Assembly (NCBI GenBank): GCA_963833985.1
Contig: CAWIAD010000002.1
Coordinates: forward strand, 3,680,001 to 3,744,000
Length of the DNA stretch: 64,000 bases
Direction of reading: 5' to 3'
Origin: an uncultured Planctomycetaceae bacterium
GTDB taxonomy: Bacteria > Planctomycetota > Planctomycetia > Isosphaerales > Isosphaeraceae
Program-made: the position numbers and the translations under genes
Notes under the pieces: generated by a model
The model's database searches: none
What the model was told of the DNA's origin: nothing
What the model saw: the letters and a program-made list of their open reading frames with translations, nothing else
Shown: in pieces, positions 53,984 through 62,309 of the stretch
How the letters are laid out: the number at the start of each line of letters is the position of its first letter
How positions within the stretch are numbered: the stretch's first letter is position 1

Positions 53984-55180
53984 CTAGTGATTGCCAGCAC
54001 GCCGGACTCCGGGGTAGTATCCGTCGCCCTTGCCCCATCCCAGCCCCCTGGCGGTGGCCACCCAGACGTCGTTGCCGTCGAAATCAAGATTGATCACGTA
54101 ATTGTGCGGCACGGTACGCTCGAGCTCGATGGTCTTGATTGGCTTTCCCCGGCGAAAGACCTTTGCCTCGCCGCGCAGAGTCTGGGGGTTCCGGGTGTAG
54201 GCGACATAGGTGTCGGAGAAGAAGTCGGCGACGACGCCCATCCCCTTGTCGGTGGCGAACCAACCTTCCGCCGAGCTGCGCCCCCGCACCGCGTTGGTGA
54301 AGTCGCTGGGGATGCCCGTCTCATTGGCATAGAACCCCCGCCAGTTGCGGCCGTCGTAGCGGCAGTTGCCGAAATACGTGGAGACCCAGAGCGCATCACC
54401 CACATGGCTGGCTCCGGTGACGATCACGTGGACAATACCGTCATCGCGGTACAGGTCGATCTCCATCTCGCCGTCGGGATCGATGTACTCCTTCCAGTGC
54501 GCGGTCTTCAGGTCGTACTCCAGGCAGCCGCTTCCCCACACGCCCAGGTAGACCTTCCCCTGGTCGACGCTCACTGAATAGTTCCAGATCTCCTCCATGG
54601 GGGCGTTCTTCTCGTTGAAGATCGCCCACTCGCGCGCCTTGGTGTTGTAGCGGCTGCACCCGGCGGTGGTTGCCGCCCAGACATTGTCGCCCTCCACGGC
54701 CACGCCGTAGACGACGTCGTTGACCAGCCCGCTGTTGAGCTGATGGAAATGGTCGAAACGCCCGCCACTGAACCGCGCCAGACCGCCGCCGAACAGCCCC
54801 AGCCAGACATCTCCGGTGTTGCGGTCCACGTCGATCGCGGTCACGGCCTGAAACGGCAGGCCGTCCTTCTCTTTCCAGCTCCGGATCTTGCCCGTTCGCT
54901 TGTCATAGCAGGCCAGACCGTCCTCGGTGCCGATCCACACTCTGGGCCCGTCCGCCTTGACGGCGAAGATGTGGTCGTTCGGCAGGCCGTCGGCCACCGT
55001 GAAGTGCTTCCACTGCGTGTACACGAAGGGCAGGGCGTCATCGGGCACATCCGCGCGCTGGCCGGCTGCCAGCAGCGGCGCCGGAGTGGGGGGTCTGGGC
55101 TCATCGCCGCCCAGCAAGCAGGGCAGCAGCGCACCCAGCAGGGCCGGTGCGAAGCCGGCGTTGGTTCGGGCTCTCTTCAT
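53984..55180 (-). CDS. Secreted beta-propeller with two-component-regulator propeller (Reg_prop-like) repeats
   Basis: FTVADGLPNDHIFAV..VWIGTEDGL, KDGLPFQAVTAI..VWLG..GGL, NSGLVNDVVYGV; no kinase or TM module. Confidence 0.8.
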   Translation of the reverse strand: MKRARTNAGFAPALLGALLPCLLGGDEPRPPTPAPLLAAGQRADVPDDALPFVYTQWKHFTVADGLPNDHIFAVKADGPRVWIGTEDGLACYDKRTGKIRSWKEKDGLPFQAVTAIDVDRNTGDVWLGLFGGGLARFSGGRFDHFHQLNSGLVNDVVYGVAVEGDNVWAATTAGCSRYNTKAREWAIFNEKNAPMEEIWNYSVSVDQGKVYLGVWGSGCLEYDLKTAHWKEYIDPDGEMEIDLYRDDGIVHVIVTGASHVGDALWVSTYFGNCRYDGRNWRGFYANETGIPSDFTNAVRGRSSAEGWFATDKGMGVVADFFSDTYVAYTRNPQTLRGEAKVFRRGKPIKTIELERTVPHNYVINLDFDGNDVWVATARGLGWGKGDGYYPGVRRAGNH

Positions 55181-55213
55181 ACCTGTCCCTCGATCACTAT
55201 CTTGAAACTTGCA

Positions 55214-58139
55214 TCAGAGCGTTTTGAGGTACTCGATCAGATCGTTGAGCTGGTCCTTGGTCATGTCGTTGGTGACGCCGTGCCGGTCGTCGGGGTTGTA
55301 CCGCGTCCAGATTTCCTCGAGAGTCTCGGCAATGCCGTTGTGGAGGTAGGGGGCCGAGTCGTAGATGTTGTTCAGGTGCGGCACGTCCACCCGGTCCTCG
55401 ACGTCCAGCGTCATGCGCGTGCCGACGTCGTGCTTTTCGCGGTCAGTATAAAGCGGTGGAAAATGGCACGAGGCGCACCGTTTCAGCTTGGGTATCGGCC
55501 GGCCGTCGGCCGTGACGGCCCGGTCGAAGAGCTGCTTGCCCCGGCGCTGGGCGGCTGTCAGCTCCACGCCCGGCGCGATGGCGGTTCGGCGGCCGGGCGA
55601 TGGTGCTGATGTAATGATCCACGGCCGCGAGCTCATCCGGAGTGAAGGGCTGGATGCGTGTGAAGTAGACCGACAGCCGTGGTCCGCACTGCCGTGACAG
55701 CGTGGGGTTGGTGCCAGCCCACTTGAAAGGGCCGGTGTCGAGAATGCCGCGCAGCGTGCGGTTGTCCACGGGGGCCAGCCCAATGCCGTCGGCCTCGATG
55801 TCGTAGGTCAATCCGTCCACGTGACCATCGGGGTGGCACGTATGGCAGGAGAGCTGGCGATGGAAGGAGATGCCGGCATTGTGGAAGAGCCGCTCGCCGC
55901 GCCGTGCCTCGGTGACGACCCGCGGACCGCCCAGGTGCACCGTACCGGCCGCTTTCCTGCCGGGGATGTCGATCACCGTCAACGCGTCGTCCAGGGCGCA
56001 GGCAACCCACGCCGTCTTGCCGTCGGGAGCAATCGCCAGGCCGCGCGGGTTGCGGCCCGTGGGGACCAGCGCCGTGACGAACCGCGTCGCCTGACCCAGA
56101 TGGTTGGGCAGCACGTCCCGGCGCTCGTCCTCGGTCGCGCCCTGGACCAGTCCGGTAAGCTGTGCGAGGTCGACGATGGCGACCTGGTCGGACCCGGCGC
56201 TGGTGACCAGGGCCAGGGCCCCATCGGGCGTGACGGCCACGTCGGTCGGATCCGGAAACGATTCTCCGGCCTGGTCCAGCAGCACCTGGTCCACCCGGCC
56301 GTCCTCCCAGACCAGGCCCAGGCCGCTGGTGACCGTCCAGCCCTGGAGCATCCGGGTCATCGGCACGAGGTTCTTGGTACGCAGCAGCGTGGCCAGCGCG
56401 AACCGGCCCGAGGGATGCCAGGCCACCCCCTGGAGCATGTTGGCATCGGGCACCACGAGCCGATCGTCGATCGTCGCGCGGCCGCTGTCGATGATGCTGA
56501 TCTCGGACTGCGACGACTCCCGAAACTTGACGAACCGCGACAGGGCGTTCGTGACCAGAATCCGGGCGCCGTCCGGCGAGATCGCCAGGGCCCAGGGGCT
56601 GCGGCTGGCGGAGAGGCGCTTCCGCTCCCGCAGCGAGGCGGCGTCGAACACCGAGATGTCGTCCGAGGAGGTGTTCAGCACGTAGATCGTCTTGCCGTCA
56701 CGGTCAGTGCACACCCCGTGCGGCTCATCGCCGACCGGCACGGTGGCGACCACGCGCGCCGCGGACGCGTCCACCACCGACAGGGTGTCATCCAGGCGGT
56801 TCGTGACGTAGGCCCTCTGGCCGTCGGGGCTGAACGCCAGGCCGGTCGGTTGACCCCCGACGACGATCTCCGCGCGCTTGCGGCGCTGCGCCGCGTCCAG
56901 GACGCAGACCGTCGCGGACGCCTCGCAGGCGACCCAGATCTCCTTGCCCCCCGGCCGGAACGCCACGTTGATGGGAGTCTTGTACACGACCCGCTCGGCC
57001 AGCGCCGGCGCTCCTGCCGGGTGGGCGATCAGCGGCATGGCCGCCTTGACATCGAACGGCTTGCCATGCGCCTGGCCATGGCAAGAGAGGCAGGCCGTTT
57101 CCCGGACCGCGACCATCCGCTCGGCGGCCACGGCCCCCTGCGTCCTGGCCGCCCGCTCGGTCGCGTGCGAGCTGCCAGGCCCATGGCACGACTCGCAGCC
57201 CACGCCTTCCAGGATCGAGTAGCTGTCGGCCGTTCCGGCCGCGGCCCGATGAAAGGCCGTGCTGTGGCATTTCAGGCAGGCCGCGCTGCGCTGGGGGTCG
57301 GCCGTGACGCCCGTCTGAACAGCCATCCGGGCGGCTTCCGGAGTGCCAAGCGAGGCGTAGGCACGAGCATGCGGCGTGATCTGCCAGCGGCTGAACGCAA
57401 AGCCCTTCTCGGCGGAATCATGGCACTCGGCACAGGCGCTCGAGCCGATGTAGCGGGCCTTTGCGTGGTTGTCGACCGGAGGGATCACGGCAGGCTCGCT
57501 GGTCTTTCGCTGCCCGTTCCCGGGTGTGGGATGAGCCAGTTCATGAAGCGCACGGGCAAGGTCAAACGGAACCGCCGGCGTCGCCGGGTGGGCCGCCGGC
57601 CGCGCCGGCGCCGCGGAGGCGCGGGCCAGCGACCTCGTGTGCGAGGGCTTCTCCTTGTGGCACTTCATGCAGTCGGCCCCGCTGGGGCTGGTCATGTGAA
57701 CCGGCGATTCGGCTCTCAGCGCGCCGCCAGCCGTCCAGGATTCGGCATGCTCGCTTCCCGGACCGTGGCATTTCTCGCACTGCACGCCGTTGCGGATGGA
57801 GAAGGTCTCGTCCTTTTCCCAGTTTTCGGCGTCGGCGGCCGTGGCATGGCAGCCGAGGCAGAGGGGCGACTTCTGCGGCTCGACGGGCACTCCGCTGATC
57901 GCGGCGATGGCATGCGCCTGCGGCGCGGCCAGGCTGGCGTACGCCCGCGCGTGCCGCGAGTGCTGCCAGATGGTCGTCTGGTGCCCCATCCCCGCGCCGT
58001 CGTGACAGGTCGCGCACACGCCGGCACCTACGTACACCGGACGCCGCGGCTGGGCCTGAGACGGCGAGCCCGCTAGGATCAGGATGGCGCCGAGCACCAG
58101 GCCGGAACGAGGCAACCGGGGTTCGCACGCCGCACTCAT
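55214..58139 (-). CDS. Fused octaheme cytochrome c - YVTN beta-propeller (HzsB-like) - diheme CCP-fold (HzsC-like) protein (frameshift near 55575)
   Basis: Eight CxxCH (CATCH, CLGCH, CEKCH, CMKCH, CAECH, CLKCH, CESCH, CLSCH), YVTNRLDDTLSVVD repeats, then CHTCH and CASCH with KHDVGT, YLHNG.A.TLEE, DRHGVT..QLNDLIEYLKTL. Confidence 0.88.
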
Positions 58140-58155
58140 GGCTTGATCACTCCGT

Positions 58156-59901
58156 TCAGCGGGCAGGTTGAACGATGCGCAGGAACTGGTTCGCCGCCAC
58201 GTCCTTGAGCGCAGTGGTCGTGCCGTCCGGCCAGCGCACCTCGACCTTGTCGGCCCTGACCGCCTTCCCCAGGCCGAAGTGCAGCCGTGCGTCCCCCTGT
58301 GAGAGATAGCCGCGCACCGGAATCAGGTCGTCCACCTGCACGAGCGATCCCGCCGTGACGACGACGCGAGCGCCGATGGCGTCGGTCCTGCCGTTGGCAA
58401 GCCGGGCCGACACGGTGAGCCAGTGGCCCTGGGTATTGCCGCCGTCGTTGCGCAACAGACGCGGCGAGTCGTTGAGGTTCACGACCAGCAGGTCGACGTC
58501 GCCGTCGTTATCGAAATCTCCCCAGGTGGCGCCCCGGCCGACGAACTTCTGGGAAAAGTAGGGCCCGGACCTTCTGGCCACGTCGACGAAATGGCCCTTG
58601 CCGTCATTGTGGGCCATCACCGCCCCCTCGCCGTACTCGTGGTGGGCGTCGCCGTTGGCGATGAACAGGTCGAGGTCGCCGTCGTTGTCGAAGTCCTGAA
58701 GCACCGCGCCCCAGCCGGTGTACTGGCCACAGATGAGCGCCAGCCCGGAGGCGTTGGTCTGGTCCTCGAAGAACTCGCCGCGGTTCGTGTGCAGGCATCC
58801 GTAACCCATGTCGGGAATGTAGAGGTCAAGCCGGCCGTCGCGGTTGATATCGCCGAAGACCGGCCCCATCGAGGAGACGCCCTGGCCACCCTCGCCAAAC
58901 GCCAGCCCGTAAACCAGTGCGTCGCTGGCGAACTTGCCATGACCCAGGTTGCGGTAGAACGCGCTCTCCATTGCGTCGTTGGCCACGTAGACGTCGAGCC
59001 GGCCCGTGTTCAGAAAGTCGGCCGCGGTGGCGCTCATGGCGCGGCCGTCCTTGCTGAAGACGCCGGCATCGCGGCTCACCTCGCGGAACGTGCCGTCGCC
59101 ATTGTTGCGCATCAGGTGGTCCGGCTGGCCGGGATAGCTCAAGGGCCCGGGATAGCCGGCGGCCGCGTAGTAGTTGCGGAACTTGCCGCCATCATATTTC
59201 AGGTACGTCGCCACGAACACGTCGAGCCTGCCGTCGCCGTCGTGGTCGAACCAGACTCCCGAGACGCTCCAGCCGGGCAGGTCCAGGCCCGACTGCTTCG
59301 AGACGTCCGTGAAGGTGCCGTTGCCGTTGTTGTGGTAGAGCACGTTCGGCCCGTAGTTCAACACATAGAGGTCGACATGACCGTCACCGTCGTAGTCGGC
59401 CGCCGAGCAGGCCACGCCGTAGCTTTCGCCTCCGCCCACGCCGGCCCGGTCGGTCACGTCGGTGAACGTGCCGTCATGGTTGTTGCGGTACAGGCGGTTG
59501 CTCAACTTCCCCCGGAGCCGACGGCCCGTGTTGTCGTTCACGTCGCTGCGATAGCGCCCGGAGAGCAGATAAAGATCCAGCCAGCCGTCGCCGTCGTAGT
59601 CGAAGAACATCGCACCGGCGCCGGTGCCCTCGACGATGTTGCTCAGCTCGGCATCACCGAAGCTGTGCTTGAAATGGATCCCGGCCTGCTCGGTGACGTC
59701 GGTGAATACCGGAACCGGCGGATCGTCGGCCAGCGCCGGCCGTGATCCCAGGACCGCCATCAGAAAGAGCAAAGGCAGGAGCATCCGTCCGCCACAATGA
59801 GCGAATTGCCATCCATCCGCTGTGTGGCTGCGGTGAAACGTGGCGCAGGCCCACGCGCTGCGGACCCGGGATTGTTGCTTGGCGTTCATTGGCGTGCTCA
59901 T
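58156..59901 (-). CDS. CRTAC1-family protein (FG-GAP repeats + ASPIC/UnbV)
   Basis: FTDVTEQAGI.F.H, multiple DYDGDG/DFDNDGD repeats, HWL.V..DAIGARV..GYLSQ.D.RLHFGLG..VEVRWPDG; start overlaps the upstream stop (ATGA). Confidence 0.92.
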   Translation of the reverse strand: MSTPMNAKQQSRVRSAWACATFHRSHTADGWQFAHCGGRMLLPLLFLMAVLGSRPALADDPPVPVFTDVTEQAGIHFKHSFGDAELSNIVEGTGAGAMFFDYDGDGWLDLYLLSGRYRSDVNDNTGRRLRGKLSNRLYRNNHDGTFTDVTDRAGVGGGESYGVACSAADYDGDGHVDLYVLNYGPNVLYHNNGNGTFTDVSKQSGLDLPGWSVSGVWFDHDGDGRLDVFVATYLKYDGGKFRNYYAAAGYPGPLSYPGQPDHLMRNNGDGTFREVSRDAGVFSKDGRAMSATAADFLNTGRLDVYVANDAMESAFYRNLGHGKFASDALVYGLAFGEGGQGVSSMGPVFGDINRDGRLDLYIPDMGYGCLHTNRGEFFEDQTNASGLALICGQYTGWGAVLQDFDNDGDLDLFIANGDAHHEYGEGAVMAHNDGKGHFVDVARRSGPYFSQKFVGRGATWGDFDNDGDVDLLVVNLNDSPRLLRNDGGNTQGHWLTVSARLANGRTDAIGARVVVTAGSLVQVDDLIPVRGYLSQGDARLHFGLGKAVRADKVEVRWPDGTTTALKDVAANQFLRIVQPAR

Positions 59902-61977
59902 GGCCCTCTGGCTGCCCTGGAGTCTTCGTACGGCCCGGCGGTCCGGCGTGCTCCGAGGTCGATCCAGCGCACGATGGTCCGCATTTCGGCGGCAGTAAGC
60001 GGCGCGCTCCTGCCCGCGGGGATCGGCCGGGCGGCCGTCGACCCGGCTGCACCGTCCCAGGGCCGGGACGTGTTCCGCCCCAGCAGATGCCAGACCAGAG
60101 GGCTGGTCCGCGCACGCCCGGGGTGGACGTACTTTCCCAGCCCGGAGGAGGGATCCGCGGCTGCATCGGGCGCGAGCAGGGCACGGTAGAGGTGATCAGG
60201 CGCGGCAGCCCGGTCCCCTTCCGCCGCGGCTGGAGGTGCCAGGTCAATCCCTGCCGCGGCCGAACCGCCCTGATGACAGGGCAGGCACCTGGTGCGAAGG
60301 ATGGGAACGACGTCGCGCGCAAAGTCCGTGAACCCCTCACCCTGGACGCCGATCGCCGTGGCCGCCGGCGCGTTCAGCGCGTCTGGTACCCGGTTGGGAG
60401 GAGTGCGCTCGGGGTCCTCGTGGCAGCCAATGCAGCCCTGTGCCTGGTGATTCCGCGCCCAGATCCAGCCGCAGCTCCGTACCGCGATGCCCTGCTCGTC
60501 GAGCAGTTGAAGCTGGATCGGCCGGCTTGCCGGTACGACCACCTGGAACGACCCGTCGCTCTGGATGGGCAGCTCGGTCAGGATCCGCCGCGCGGAGAGC
60601 TGGGGAAGCGGTCCCGATCCGTTTGTCGTGCAGGCGGCGCCGAGTCCGCTCGAGCCCTCAGGCGCCGGCAGTCCCTCAACCACGCGGAGAGTCTTCATCA
60701 TTCCGTGGGTTCGCCACATGCGGTCCGGCAGATCGCTCGTGAAGACGCTCATGCAGTAGAACCTGGCCAGCCGATCCGCGGGGTCGACCACGCTCGAGCG
60801 GCCATCGGGGCGCGGCCGGCTGAAGACGGCGCGGGGCTTGAGCTCGTGGAAGCGGGGATCATCGAGAATCAGCGCCCGCTGGCCGGTCGCCGGATCGAAG
60901 CGGTACAGGCCGAACGACGAGCCCGCGTCTCCGGAACGCCAGGCCACGACCAGCTGGCCGTCGGGAAACGCCGAGGGAGAGGAATACAGCCCGTCATGCG
61001 GCCCGGTGATCGTCCGGTACGTGTGCAGGGGACTGCGCAGCGACGCCCCCGCCAGCCGCCCCGCGCCGTCGCGGGCCGCAGGGTCAGCCTCGACCACGAC
61101 GAGGTTGCCGTCGGTGGTGATGCACGGCATCCGCCGCAGTCTCCCCGGGCTCCGCGGGACGAGGATGGCCCGATCCGATCCATCGGTGTTGACCGCCTCG
61201 AGGGCCAGCCGTCCGGCCACGCCGAGGTCGAGCGTCGCTCGATGCCACGACGCGTAAGCTATCCGCCCATCGGGCATGATCGCCGGGTCAAGGTCGCTCG
61301 AGAGATTGTAGGTGATGCGCTCTGGCAGCGAACCGCTGAGCTTGCAGGTGTACAGGCTGGTAACCGGGCCCCCGTCGCGCTCGTCGAGCTGGCCGCCTTG
61401 CGTCTTCACGAAGGCGATCTGCTCCCACGGCTCCGGCTGGCTGATCGTGAAGAAGCTCGACGTGTAAATGGGCGACTGGCAACGGCCGACATTGCGGGTG
61501 ACCTGCCGCTCCTTCAAGCTTTGCAGGTCCATCTCGTACACATCCCAGGCGTCTCCGGGCCGCTTCTGGCCCGCGAACAGGATCCGCCGTCCATCCGGGG
61601 AAACGTCCGCGTCGGTCGCGCTGTGGAACGACGGCGTGAGGACCCGCGTCGATCCGTCAGGGGCGAGCAAGACCAGCCGCGCGGGCGGATCCGGGCTGGA
61701 CACCGAGCCGGCGGACTGCGGCCAGTTCGGCTCTGGAGTCACCGGGACCTGCGTGAAGACCAGCGCGGGCCGGGCGGGCGAGTGGCGGCCGGCGGCCGCG
61801 GGGGGCTGAGCAGCGGCCCATTCAGTTCCGCAAAGCGCTGCCAGGCAAGCGAGGACCGCCCGGATGGAACGCCTGGCGCCGCGGGACCGGGCGCGGCACA
61901 CCGGGCCGACCTCCGGGAACGGCAGTGGCCGTGCCCCGGGGCCGGAGAACGCGTGGATGGCGGTAAGCTCCCTCATG
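59898..61977 (-). CDS. Hydrazine synthase alpha subunit (HzsA)-like diheme protein
   Basis: Propeller RVLTPSFHSA.D.DVSPDG..ILFAG, GRCQSPIY, RITYNLSSDLDP..MPDGRI, GLYSSP..PDG; middle domain LRVVEG..SDGSF..PA..PIQLQLLDEQG..W..GCIGCHE; C-terminal DFARDVVPIL..CLPCH, PGRAR.S.LVW, WIDLGA. Start uncertain. Confidence 0.85.
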
Positions 61978-62309
61978 GACGTTGAAACCATTACAGGGAT
62001 CGGCGACGGCTTCCGCGGCGCCGGCGGTCTTGGTGGCTGGCAACCATCGGCGCAGCCCAAACCCGTACTAGCGAAGCTTCATTGCTGCCTGGCCCGAGCC
62101 GGACATGCGCGGGCGGGCTTCACCGGGTCCGCCCTCGGGCACGGTCCGGGAGGCGCGGCACGATCGATTGATCTCCGCGGCTTCAGTCGGCGCTGCGGAG
62201 ATCAGCAGGGATCGTCTCGCGATCGCTTTATCCTACGACGCAACCGTCGAGAAATCGAGGGCCCACCCACCGTGAAGCAGGCAGTTCCTCTCCCGTGCTA
62301 CGGGCCCTT

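Noticed and set aside
55214..61977. Calling the organism an anammox bacterium or the genes true hzsABC
   Set aside because: High GC, Isosphaeraceae-like gene content, altered active-site residues and no hydrazine dehydrogenase or HAO in the window.
55821..61985. Long plus-strand ORFs (55821..58076, 58423..59745, 59742..61985)
   Set aside because: Shadows of the heme and CRTAC1 genes on the minus strand; Arg/Gly-rich with no domain signatures.
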